Shown: piece after piece, positions 46,823 through 55,817 of the stretch
Position numbering within the stretch: position 1 is the stretch's first letter
Layout of the letters: every line of letters starts with the position of its first letter
Source of the DNA: an uncultured virus (IMG/VR IMGVR_UViG_3300022602_000072)
Lineage: Duplodnaviria; Heunggongvirae; Uroviricota; Caudoviricetes
Virus record (IMG/VR): IMGVR_UViG_3300022602_000072
Direction: 5' to 3' (one strand)
Length of the DNA: 64,000 nucleotides
Notes under the pieces: generated by a model
Told to the model about the DNA's origin: nothing
What the model saw: the letters and a program-made list of their open reading frames with translations, nothing else
Database searches by the model: none
Program-made: the position numbers and the translations under genes

Positions 46823-47209
46823 ATGGCACTATTCGCTATCATAAACTTGACAGAAGTACTCAATGTAGTTACTGCTAATAGCATTGATGATGTTGTTGAG
46901 TCTACTTGGGCGGAAGAAGTGGTTGATGTAACCAATCTTCCATATCGCCCAAGCGCTGGTTGGGGCTATATGGGTGGAATATTCTACCCACCAGGAATAC
47001 CTGATGCACATAAGCCTTATTGGAATGGCTCAGCATTTGTTAATCTACCAGACCACTTAGCAGCCGCTCCTGCAGACACTGGAGTAGCTCCTGAGCCTTT
47101 GACTCCAGTAATCGAGGCACCTAAGGCCCCTAAGATTGCAGAGCTAATGGCTACGGTAGCCGCAGAAGCTACCAAAAAAGTAGATGACCCTAACACGGTT
47201 AACGCTTAA
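46823..47209 (+). CDS. Probable fibre-associated protein
   Basis: FAII....V.NV...GWGY.GG.F.PP pattern typical after Gly-rich fibres. Confidence 0.55.
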   Translation: MALFAIINLTEVLNVVTANSIDDVVESTWAEEVVDVTNLPYRPSAGWGYMGGIFYPPGIPDAHKPYWNGSAFVNLPDHLAAAPADTGVAPEPLTPVIEAPKAPKIAELMATVAAEATKKVDDPNTVNA

Positions 47210-47228
47210 TCTATAAACTCTGATATAG

Positions 47229-47256
47229 TTAGCCCTGGGATATTCCCGGGGCTTAC
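47229..47256 (+). terminator. Hairpin, possible terminator
   Basis: AGCCCTGGGA/TCCCGGGGCT stem. Confidence 0.5.
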
Positions 47257-47289
47257 TAATTTGTAACACTATTTGAGGAGAAAGAATCC

Positions 47290-47538
47290 ATGCTACCTAA
47301 GGCAGAACGAATCGCTATTATCCTAGAGCGTATGAAGTCTATTGAAACCGAGCTATTCCACGTAGAGCTTAACATGGAATACTGCGACTATACCAAAAAC
47401 CTTGAGGGATACGAAGAATTTAACAAGCGTGCTACCGATATGAATACCGGTATTGACTGGCTACGCCAGAAGCTTGATCGGGTTCAGGAAGAACCTGACA
47501 TCGAAGATGCAGAGATTGTGCCAAATAAGCCGGAGTAA
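47290..47538 (+). CDS. Hypothetical coiled-coil protein
   Basis: GAGGAG RBS. Confidence 0.65.
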   Translation: MLPKAERIAIILERMKSIETELFHVELNMEYCDYTKNLEGYEEFNKRATDMNTGIDWLRQKLDRVQEEPDIEDAEIVPNKPE

Positions 47539-47581
47539 CCTGCTAAACTTGGCCTATTAAACAAGAAGGATAGGCACCCCT

Positions 47582-48520
47582 ATGACAGCTGTATACCAAA
47601 ATGCTGCAAATATTAAGTCTTACACGCCTGAAGTTGACCTTGTAAGTACAGTAGTTGCAGATAACGTTAACTCACTCCAGGTAGAAGTTACCGCTATTGA
47701 AAGCGTATTGGGTAGTGCAGCCACTAATCAGAGTCCGCTTATCTCTACCTATGCTGGTACCTTTGCTAGAACCACTGGTTGGTCTACTGTAGCTGATCGC
47801 CTTGCCAATATTGAGGCAGGTCTTGTTAGCGGCGTATCCGGTGGAGCCTATGTGACTGTAACCGGTGGAAGCACAATCACCACCAACAGTAATAAGGGTC
47901 TGGTATTAACAACCAACTCTGGAACCTCTAACCTTCTTGAAACCTACAGCTCTGCTAATGCGCTAGGCTTTAACGTAAGCGCTTCTGGTATTCCTGCAGT
48001 TGGAACCGGTAACGTACTTTATGTAAATGGTCCAGATTACAACACGCTGACCGCCTCTATTGCTTCAGCAGTAGCCTTAGCAAATACTAAGGTCCCGCTA
48101 TCTACAGTAAGCTCTGCTGGTGATTTAATCATTGGAACAGGCTCTGCTACAGTAACAAAGTTATCTGCTGGAACATCTGGCCAAGCTCTTATTATTAATA
48201 GCGGTGGTTCTGTAGTATGGGGTACCCCAACAGATACCACTAAGGTTCCTCTATCAACCTTTACCACAAACGGAGATTTAGTTGTTGGTACTGGAAATGG
48301 AACCATTACTAAGCTAGGCATTGGTTCTACTGGTCAGGTATTAACCAGTACAAATACTGGTCTTGCTTGGCAGACCCCAACAACATATCTTGCAACGGCA
48401 AACGCTTCAGTAACAGCCGCATCTACATCCCAAGGAGTCGTGCGTAACGTCTGGGTATCTACTTCAGCCCCAACTTCTGGTCAAGGTGCAGATGGCGATA
48501 TCTGGATTGTGTATGCATAA
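47582..48520 (+). CDS. Fibre-like virion protein
   Basis: VNSLQ.EV.AIE..LG N-terminus; two GDL..GTG...T.L..G..GQ.L repeats; G.DGDIW C-terminus. Confidence 0.7.
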   Translation: MTAVYQNAANIKSYTPEVDLVSTVVADNVNSLQVEVTAIESVLGSAATNQSPLISTYAGTFARTTGWSTVADRLANIEAGLVSGVSGGAYVTVTGGSTITTNSNKGLVLTTNSGTSNLLETYSSANALGFNVSASGIPAVGTGNVLYVNGPDYNTLTASIASAVALANTKVPLSTVSSAGDLIIGTGSATVTKLSAGTSGQALIINSGGSVVWGTPTDTTKVPLSTFTTNGDLVVGTGNGTITKLGIGSTGQVLTSTNTGLAWQTPTTYLATANASVTAASTSQGVVRNVWVSTSAPTSGQGADGDIWIVYA

Positions 48521-49629
48521 TGGCCGGCAAAGTAAATATAGCCGGTACCTGGCATAGAACTCCAGAGCTTTTAACAAAGATTAATGGTAGCTGGCATGCC
48601 GCCAGTACTGCATATGTAAAAGTCTCTGGTTCTTGGCGTCAATGGTTTACTCAAACTATTCTTGATTCTTTTACAAGAACAACTTCAGGCTCTTTAGGCA
48701 ATACCGATATCAACACCCCATGGACTGCCGTTAATGGAGTTTGGTACGCTAATGGAAGCCAGGCTCAATCTGACACTTCTACAACCCCAAGTACTCCATC
48801 AACCTTTGCTGTAGCTTCGGTAGCTTGGACTAGTTCTGATATAACACTTTCAGCTAACCCTAGCCCGGGAGTTGGTTTGGCTTTTTGGATTCAAGACGCC
48901 AATAATTACTGGGGAGTTATTCCATACGAAACCCCGTATACCTATACATATTCTTATACCGGAACCTGTTGTAGTACGGGAACCTGTTGTAGCCAAATTT
49001 TAGTGTGCTCCTCTTGTGGCCCTTGTTATAACTCTACGCCTGGTACCCCATCTACCTATTCATGTAGCTGCTGTCCTGGTGGAAGCTGTACTCAGGTGAC
49101 ACATATAACCGTTTATGGCGGAGCAACTGCCTGCAGCCCTTGTGGAACTACAGGATGCTCATATCAGTATGTTGGAAGCACATTAACTAACGTATGCGGC
49201 TGTAACTGCTATTCTACTATTTCACCATGTAACTGCAATAATGGTACTGCTGGAACACCAGATACATACAATTGCCCTAAATATACAACCTCTTGTTCAA
49301 GCTGTACGGTATGCTCAAGCTGTACTCAGACTGCTACTGCTACCGGATATAACTATTACATGAAGCTTTTTTCAGTTGTAGGTGGGACCTATACTGAGGT
49401 AGACACTATCTCTTTGGGTCAAAATATTACTCCGCCTACCTATATCCAGGCGTCAATTACTGGCAGCACTGTTGTATACGGAGCCTACTCAGACAATGGC
49501 ACAACGGTAATTGGATCTACCTCTACCTATACTGCAACCTCGCCTACAAAAACTAACAGCCATGGTATAGTTAAGGCATACAGTGCAAACCAGGGCTCTA
49601 CACTAGACAACTTTGCTGGAGGACTATAA
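48520..49629 (+). CDS. Fibre-tip-like protein with a central 24-Cys insertion
   Basis: K..G.W repeats at N-terminus, DSFTR...DNF beta-sandwich ends, Cys-rich middle. Confidence 0.7.
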   Translation: MAGKVNIAGTWHRTPELLTKINGSWHAASTAYVKVSGSWRQWFTQTILDSFTRTTSGSLGNTDINTPWTAVNGVWYANGSQAQSDTSTTPSTPSTFAVASVAWTSSDITLSANPSPGVGLAFWIQDANNYWGVIPYETPYTYTYSYTGTCCSTGTCCSQILVCSSCGPCYNSTPGTPSTYSCSCCPGGSCTQVTHITVYGGATACSPCGTTGCSYQYVGSTLTNVCGCNCYSTISPCNCNNGTAGTPDTYNCPKYTTSCSSCTVCSSCTQTATATGYNYYMKLFSVVGGTYTEVDTISLGQNITPPTYIQASITGSTVVYGAYSDNGTTVIGSTSTYTATSPTKTNSHGIVKAYSANQGSTLDNFAGGL

Positions 49630-49630
49630 T

Positions 49631-49888
49631 ATGACAGACCCATTTCAAAGGCCGGCTCGACCATGGGACCTATTCAATAAGAATCTTGGACGTGTAAACG
49701 ACTCTGTATTTAGTGAGCGCCTAGAAATATGCAGGGCTTGTCCCTCATTTATAAAGGCCACAACTCAATGTAAGGAGTGCGGCTGCATTATGAACCTTAA
49801 AACAAAGCTACCTAATGCAGAATGCCCTCTTGGTAAGTGGGGACAAATTAAGGTAACGTATAAGGAAACTGAGGAAACAAATGGTTGA
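49631..49888 (+). CDS. Cys-motif protein (DUF6171-like)
   Basis: RLEICRACP...QCKECGCIM..KTKL...CPLGKW. Confidence 0.65.
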   Translation: MTDPFQRPARPWDLFNKNLGRVNDSVFSERLEICRACPSFIKATTQCKECGCIMNLKTKLPNAECPLGKWGQIKVTYKETEETNG

Positions 49889-50111
49889 AAAAACTGTGTC
49901 AACACCTGTAGAAGTAACTAATGCTGTAGCTTTTGTTATTGATGACGAGGTTGTCGATATCATGCGTACAGATGCAAGAATGGCCGCCATTCTTTTGAGT
50001 GAGCCTGTAATTGTAGACATTACAGATGAGTATTTTGCTAATATGAGTTCTGTCACACATGGCATGAAGTACGACGCAAAAACCAACACCTTTTCAAATC
50101 CAGAGGAGTAA
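49881..50111 (+). CDS. Hypothetical protein
   Basis: AFVIDDEVVD...AAILLSEP. Confidence 0.65.
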   Translation: MVEKTVSTPVEVTNAVAFVIDDEVVDIMRTDARMAAILLSEPVIVDITDEYFANMSSVTHGMKYDAKTNTFSNPEE

Positions 50112-50114
50112 CCA

Positions 50115-50693
50115 ATGCGTGGGGAAAACCGACAGGGGCGTTTTGACGTACAGTTTGAGCGTTCGTCTTTTGTATCCGGCACCACTACGGAGCTGGTAAA
50201 GACTGTCGGCACAACTGTAGCCTGGTGGATCTTTGATCAAGCCAATACTGTTGTTGACCCTATCTACGATACCGGTGCTAGCACTGGTACTGGCCGTATG
50301 TGGAAGACCCCACTAATCATCCCTGTAGTTCAGGCGCACCTAGAGCAAGGCGTTACTGTCCAGGCAGACCGTGGTTTCTATAACACTGACCAGCTAATCT
50401 TGACTATCAATGTCGATGTTATTGAGGATAACCTAAACTTTTATGGGGCTAATATGAACAACATCCCCGAGCTAGCCAACGTAGAAATCAACCCAGATGA
50501 CTATCTACGTGACCGCATAGTATTCCGTGATGAAGTTTTTACCCCTATCCGAGTCCTACCCCAAGGTATCATTGGGGATAAGTACACGCTTCTTCAGGTA
50601 ACCTGTAACCAGGTAAACGCAGAAGAAATGGTGAACGACTCCCAGTTCCAGCACTATGCAGGCTACTCTGCGTTTGACCCTACGACCTACTAA
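50115..50693 (+). CDS. Probable head-to-tail connector/stopper
   Basis: Position; DPIYD, DRIVFR motifs. Confidence 0.5.
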   Translation: MRGENRQGRFDVQFERSSFVSGTTTELVKTVGTTVAWWIFDQANTVVDPIYDTGASTGTGRMWKTPLIIPVVQAHLEQGVTVQADRGFYNTDQLILTINVDVIEDNLNFYGANMNNIPELANVEINPDDYLRDRIVFRDEVFTPIRVLPQGIIGDKYTLLQVTCNQVNAEEMVNDSQFQHYAGYSAFDPTTY

Positions 50694-50701
50694 GGAAGAC
50701 C

Positions 50702-51013
50702 ATGTCACTATCTCATGCAACAGTTGCACTCAATAGCTCAACAGCTGTTGATCTAACACCAGATAACGTAATTACAGATACAGTAACTGGTGAAAAAAAT
50801 TACACTTGGCAGTCAGCCGCCGTATACATTGAAAATGTAGACACTGCCGCTACCGTATACATTGGTGCCTCTGGAGTTACCTCTTCAAACTATGGCATCT
50901 CTTTAGTACCAGGGGCTTCTGTTTCAATTGACCTCCTCGGAGGAAATGAAAATGTGTGGGCAATCTCAAGCGGCTCTTCTAACGTAGCGGTATTGTTGGT
51001 GACAACAGCATGA
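50702..51013 (+). CDS. Small virion protein
   Basis: VYIGASGVT..NYG..L.PG motif. Confidence 0.6.
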   Translation: MSLSHATVALNSSTAVDLTPDNVITDTVTGEKNYTWQSAAVYIENVDTAATVYIGASGVTSSNYGISLVPGASVSIDLLGGNENVWAISSGSSNVAVLLVTTA

Positions 51014-51504
51014 GCGTAAAAAAGTCATTATCTCCCGCAGCCATTCTTTACTACGGTAACTTTGCTAGAAGCACAAGCCAAGCTAGTGGCGGAGCCACCT
51101 CAGATAATTTAATTACTTGGGACACAACAAACTTAACTAAAGGAATGGCTCTTGGTTCAGATACTAGCAAGATTGTTTTTGCTGTACCTGGCACCTACAA
51201 CCTTAACTTTTTAGGTCAGTTTAACTTTACTGGTGGAACAAGTGACTACCACATTACTTGTTGGTTTTCTAAAAACGGTGTTCAGGTTCCGTCTTCTGCT
51301 TTTACCTTTACTACAGCTAGTGCTCAGAATTCACAAGTATTAGCAAATATTGAAGCCCCTATTTCAATTGTTGCTGGGGACTATATCCAATTTCACTGGT
51401 GGTCTGGTGCATCGGGGATGTCACTAATTGCTACAGCGGCTGGTACTAACCCAACTCGCCCAGCATCTCCATCAGCTAACCTAACCATCTATAACGTCGG
51501 ATAA
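51010..51504 (+). CDS. C1q/BclA-like beta-sandwich virion protein
   Basis: PGTYNLNF..Q, W..KNG, AGDYIQ pattern. Confidence 0.5.
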   Translation: MSVKKSLSPAAILYYGNFARSTSQASGGATSDNLITWDTTNLTKGMALGSDTSKIVFAVPGTYNLNFLGQFNFTGGTSDYHITCWFSKNGVQVPSSAFTFTTASAQNSQVLANIEAPISIVAGDYIQFHWWSGASGMSLIATAAGTNPTRPASPSANLTIYNVG

Positions 51505-51647
51505 TGCCGTTTAAGTCTCAATCTCAGCGTAAGTGGATGTATGCTAACGATCCCAAGATGGCAGAAAAGTGGGAGGAACATACTCCCAAAGGTAAGAAAC
51601 TACCCAAGAAGGTGAAGAAGAAAAATGGCAGCAAAAAAGGCAAGTAA
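51504..51647 (+). CDS. Small basic protein (MPFKSQSQRKW...)
   Basis: Coupled ORF; not in track. Confidence 0.7.
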   Translation: MPFKSQSQRKWMYANDPKMAEKWEEHTPKGKKLPKKVKKKNGSKKGK

Positions 51648-51801
51648 GAAACACCCAGGCTTTGACAAAGCCTCATCTAAGATTGCTAAGAAGGAAGGTG
51701 TCTCTCAGGAGGCGGCTGACCGTATCCTAGCGGCATCTTCCCGTGGAGCTTCTAAGAAAGCTCATAAGAAGAACCCTAAGCTTAATAAGGTTAAAGGCTA
51801 A
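51625..51801 (+). CDS. Small Lys/Ala-rich protein
   Basis: MAAKKASKKHPGF...; coupled stop/start. Confidence 0.65.
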   Translation: MAAKKASKKHPGFDKASSKIAKKEGVSQEAADRILAASSRGASKKAHKKNPKLNKVKG

Positions 51802-51992
51802 TGGCTAAGGTAAAGATTGACGGTAAGACCCACAAGTTCGTTAAGAATAAAAAGGGTGATGTTATCGTAAGCCATCCAGATGGCGGAGGTCCTACTATGG
51901 ATCTTACCAAAAAAGATGCTAAGATTAAGACAGTAAAAGATGGAATTGCTGCTGGACGGCAGTGGCATAAAACTCACAAGAAGGGTAAATAA
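51801..51992 (+). CDS. Small basic protein
   Basis: Coupled ORF. Confidence 0.65.
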   Translation: MAKVKIDGKTHKFVKNKKGDVIVSHPDGGGPTMDLTKKDAKIKTVKDGIAAGRQWHKTHKKGK

Positions 51993-51994
51993 AT

Positions 51995-52087
51995 ATGTGC
52001 AAAGCATGTGGATGTGGCTGCTCAAAGCCAAACTGCAAAGGCGCCTGCAAGAAAAAGGGCACCAAAAGCACCAAGAAGGGTAAGTAA
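51995..52087 (+). CDS. 30-aa Cys/Lys-rich peptide
   Basis: MCKACGCGCSKPNCKGACKKKG...; exactly fills the gap between neighbours. Confidence 0.55.
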   Translation: MCKACGCGCSKPNCKGACKKKGTKSTKKGK

Positions 52088-52093
52088 GGTTAA

Positions 52094-52666
52094 ATGGCAA
52101 ATGCCGTAACACCATCTATGATCAAAGCCCCCTCTGCAACCGGAGGTGGCGTTGTCAACATAGGTGGTAAGACCATGTCTGTGCCTACTCTTGGTATTGA
52201 GCCAATCACACCAGGTAGCAACAGAACATCCAGTTACGGCATCATGCCTTCCCAAAATTCAATGTCCCAAGCTAATTGGAACTTAGCCAATAACTCAGTT
52301 TCAGCTATGCGTACTAGTGGACGTTCCCCAGCTTTCATGCAGTCCCATCTGGGACAAGAAATGCAGATGCAAAGTCCTAACTGGGGAATGACTCCTAAGC
52401 AAGGTGAGATGGCTAGGGAGATGTCAGAGAGTGGTCGTAACGCCACCTTTATGCAGGCACATCTTGGAATAGGACCTAATCAGGCCCTACCAGCAGGTAC
52501 TTCTATGGGAACTTCCCACGCATCTACCCCAATGCCAAGACCTACAGTAATGGCTCCGACCTCTACACCAAAAATGTCTTTACAGTTTCAGCAGCCCACA
52601 ATGGCTACTCAGACTGCTACAATGTCCTCACCGGCAACCAATGTATTTGGAAAGGTAAGTAAATGA
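52094..52666 (+). CDS. Met/Ser/Pro/Thr-rich hypothetical protein
   Basis: 190-aa ORF with internal SGR...FMQ.HLG repeat. Confidence 0.6.
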   Translation: MANAVTPSMIKAPSATGGGVVNIGGKTMSVPTLGIEPITPGSNRTSSYGIMPSQNSMSQANWNLANNSVSAMRTSGRSPAFMQSHLGQEMQMQSPNWGMTPKQGEMAREMSESGRNATFMQAHLGIGPNQALPAGTSMGTSHASTPMPRPTVMAPTSTPKMSLQFQQPTMATQTATMSSPATNVFGKVSK

Positions 52667-52716
52667 CAACACCAGAATGCAAGTGCGATAACTGCACCTG
52701 CGGAAAGAAGGGCTAA

Positions 52717-52854
52717 ATGGCTCACAAGGATAGCAAGTTTGAAAAGGGCATGACAGCAGCCCAAAAGAAAAAGTTTGAAGCTCAGGATGAAAAGAATGAT
52801 GCCAAACTAGCTAAGAAGGTCAAGAAGACCGTAAAGAAAAAGGCAAAGAAGTAA
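52717..52854 (+). CDS. Small Lys-rich protein
   Basis: MAHKDSKFEKG...KKKAKK. Confidence 0.65.
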   Translation: MAHKDSKFEKGMTAAQKKKFEAQDEKNDAKLAKKVKKTVKKKAKK

Positions 52855-52859
52855 TAGTT

Positions 52860-52886
52860 AAGCCCCCCCTGAGGGGGCTTTTCCTT
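52860..52886 (+). terminator. Intrinsic terminator
   Basis: AAGCCCCC/GGGGGCTT stem plus TTCCTTT. Confidence 0.7.
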
Positions 52887-52956
52887 TATGATTACCTTGA
52901 CGCCAGAGAAATCTGGAACCCTGCTGCTTTACCCCCTGCGCCTTCCTATGGAGGAT

Positions 52957-53124
52957 ATGATGATTTACCTTGCCAAGAAACTGGCAGCTCAGGAAACTGA
53001 TGCTGACCGTGTTGAGTTCATTCGTGGAGCAGCAAACCTTACTGCAAAAACTGGGGAGAAAAAAGTAGTCCTCGGTGCAATAACAGGTCTTCTGCTAGCG
53101 AAAGTTCTCAAGAAAAATGGCTAG
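52957..53124 (+). CDS. Hypothetical protein
   Basis: GGAGG RBS before MMIYL. Confidence 0.55.
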   Translation: MMIYLAKKLAAQETDADRVEFIRGAANLTAKTGEKKVVLGAITGLLLAKVLKKNG

Positions 53125-53386
53125 TCTTACATCAGTATTCAACCATGCATTGAGGCGTGCTGAGCGAGCAGCTACTGCCGGATATACAACCAAGCTTCGT
53201 GAACATACCAAAGCTTACGGGTGGCCCGATCATCTAGTCTCAAGCCTCTCTATGTATCATGATGGAGAGAACCACACCATCACATATCCAAAGCATCTTG
53301 AGGAACAGATCCTTACTCTTGAGTACGGCACTCAGAGTGTTCCACCATCTCCTGCTCTCAGGACATTTATGATTGGAGGAGTGTAA
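53117..53386 (+). CDS. Neck/tail completion protein (HK97 gp10-like)
   Basis: LEYGT...PP.PALR motif. Confidence 0.6.
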   Translation: MASLTSVFNHALRRAERAATAGYTTKLREHTKAYGWPDHLVSSLSMYHDGENHTITYPKHLEEQILTLEYGTQSVPPSPALRTFMIGGV

Positions 53387-53985
53387 TGCCTTTTATCCTT
53401 AATGAGGAAGCTGCCCTTAAGTCTTTGCTAACTGGCATGACTGTATCTGATGGAGGAAATTCTGCCCGTCCGGTAAACGTATTCTATGGCCAACCTGAAA
53501 AGGAAATCCGGCAACAGTCCTACCCATACATCACTATTGACTTGGTGGGTATATCTGAGGAAGTAGACCGAGCCCATCGTGGAACTGTGACCATTCCAGA
53601 CCAGACTTTCTACACCCCAGAGGGTGTAACCTCCACCCCTGTACAAACTGACTTTCCTATCCCAGTACAACTGTTTTACCAGATATCTACCTGGTCTCGT
53701 CAGCCACGTCATGACAGGGCAATCATAGCCCAGCTGTTTTCTTATGGTAGACTTCCGTTTAGATTTGGGCAGCTCTCTATACCCGAGGACGGTACCAACC
53801 GTCGTTTGGATATGTTGAGCTTTTCAAAAAGAGACACTACAGAAAATGAAAAGCGTCTCTTTAATAATGTATATAACATCCGGATAAGTGCAGAACTCTT
53901 CCAGGATGTAATTAACCAGCTATACCAAGTAACACAAAAGCCTATAATCACGACTACATACCAAACGGTATCCTTTACCGAATAA
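53386..53985 (+). CDS. Tail terminator / sheath stabiliser
   Basis: YPYITI, P.PVQLFYQI motifs; directly before sheath. Confidence 0.65.
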   Translation: MPFILNEEAALKSLLTGMTVSDGGNSARPVNVFYGQPEKEIRQQSYPYITIDLVGISEEVDRAHRGTVTIPDQTFYTPEGVTSTPVQTDFPIPVQLFYQISTWSRQPRHDRAIIAQLFSYGRLPFRFGQLSIPEDGTNRRLDMLSFSKRDTTENEKRLFNNVYNIRISAELFQDVINQLYQVTQKPIITTTYQTVSFTE

Positions 53986-54042
53986 TCCGGAACATAATAA
54001 CTAAATGTCAACCAAACAACCTAACCCTAAGGAGTAACCGGA

Positions 54043-55803
54043 ATGGCAACATACAGCCGCCCCGGAGTCTACATCCAAGAAGTAGCTCTACCTCAGGCAA
54101 TTACCCCTGCAGATACGTCAACAGCTGTTGCCGCCTTTGCTGGTGCTCTTGCACAAGGTACTATTGCAGCCCCAGTGTACGTAAGTACCTGGAGTGACTT
54201 TAAGAATACTTTCGGTGGATTGAATGACTCTTATCCAACCACATGGGCCGCATACAATTATTTTGCAAATAATGGCCGTGGTCTTTATGTAAAGCGTGTC
54301 GTAGGCTCAGGTTCTTCTGCTGCTTCTACAGTTCTTACCGATGGCGTATCTGGTACAAACACCGCCACCATAACTGCAGCAAGCTACTCAGGCGGAACCA
54401 TTACATATACAGCTAACAACACATTTTCAGCAGGTCAAAGCGTAACAGTCACTGGTCTTAGCACCAGCGCCTTTAACGTAACCAATGCAACTATCGTATC
54501 TGCAACCTCTACTCAGTTTACTCTGACAGGTAGCTCTGGCTCCTCAGTAAGTGGTGCAAGCGGTACAGCAACAGTTACCTACACAGCTTCAAACGTATTT
54601 ACCCTAACCATCTCTAACCCAGGGTCTTGGGGAAATAACTATTCGGTTCAGATTGCTACAGGCGGAGTAAACACTCGCTTTAACATGAACCTCTTTGCTA
54701 CCACCACGGTAAATGGAATTACTTCTAATACCTTGGTAGAATCTTATACAGACTTGAGCATGTCTTCTACAGATGCTAACTATGTAGGTGCCGTAATTCC
54801 TGCACAGTCTAATATCTTGACAATCTCTAACATCAACACAGCAAAGTTTCCAGCAACAACTTCTTCAAACGTAAGCTTCTCTGGTGGTCTTGACGGTGCA
54901 GCACCTGCACGTACAGACTACTCAACAGCATGGTCTACATTTGATTCTATTGGAAGCAGCCTGGTACTTTACGCATCAGATGCCTCGTACCAGTCTACTT
55001 CTACAGTTGCTACTCAGTATCATGGCGACGCTATTATTTATGCAGCGTCTCGTACAGACTGCTTTGTAGTTGTCGATACTTTGTCAGGTCTTTCAGCCAC
55101 CTCTGCACAGACTCAGGTCTCTGCCATTGCCGCTGCAGCTGCCGCATCTACTACAGGAAACATTGCAGCAGCTTACTACCCATGGGTTAACATTCCAGAC
55201 CCAACAAAGATCCCAGGCGCAACTCGTTTGCAGGCTCCGGGTGCTGCGGTAGTAGGACAGTACATTGCTACAGATGCAACTCGTGGTCCAGCTAAGACAC
55301 CTGCCGGTCTTCAGAACCGCATTGCCTTGGCAGTATCAACAGAACACTCGTTCACAAATGCTGAACTTGATTCTTTGAATACCTCCACAGATCCAGTCAA
55401 TACTATTCGCCAGGTTCCTGGTGCCGGTATTGTCATCATGGGTGGCCGTACTTTGGATAACACCCCAAATAACCGCTACATCAACATTCGTCGTTCCTTG
55501 ATTTACATCGAGAAGACTTTGACAGAGCTAACTTCGTTTGCTCTATTTGAGAACAATGATTATCGTCTATGGACAAGAATCAATACTGCTCTCAATAGCT
55601 TCCTCTTTGCATACTGGAATAATGGAAACTTGCGTGGAAATACTTCTGCTCAAGCTTACTACGTAATTTGTAACGATTCAAACAACTCATTTACTGACAT
55701 CCAAAATGGAAAAGTCAATATTACAGTTGGCGTTGCACTAGAATATCCGGCTGAGTTTGTTGTCATTCAAATTGGACAACTTACTGGAAACGCTACGGCA
55801 TAA
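54043..55803 (+). CDS. Contractile tail sheath protein
   Basis: RPGVYIQE, YYPWV, K.PAG, GGRTL, YINIRR, FENN, YPAEFVVI. Confidence 0.95.
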   Translation: MATYSRPGVYIQEVALPQAITPADTSTAVAAFAGALAQGTIAAPVYVSTWSDFKNTFGGLNDSYPTTWAAYNYFANNGRGLYVKRVVGSGSSAASTVLTDGVSGTNTATITAASYSGGTITYTANNTFSAGQSVTVTGLSTSAFNVTNATIVSATSTQFTLTGSSGSSVSGASGTATVTYTASNVFTLTISNPGSWGNNYSVQIATGGVNTRFNMNLFATTTVNGITSNTLVESYTDLSMSSTDANYVGAVIPAQSNILTISNINTAKFPATTSSNVSFSGGLDGAAPARTDYSTAWSTFDSIGSSLVLYASDASYQSTSTVATQYHGDAIIYAASRTDCFVVVDTLSGLSATSAQTQVSAIAAAAAASTTGNIAAAYYPWVNIPDPTKIPGATRLQAPGAAVVGQYIATDATRGPAKTPAGLQNRIALAVSTEHSFTNAELDSLNTSTDPVNTIRQVPGAGIVIMGGRTLDNTPNNRYINIRRSLIYIEKTLTELTSFALFENNDYRLWTRINTALNSFLFAYWNNGNLRGNTSAQAYYVICNDSNNSFTDIQNGKVNITVGVALEYPAEFVVIQIGQLTGNATA

Positions 55804-55817
55804 GGAGAAGATAAAAA

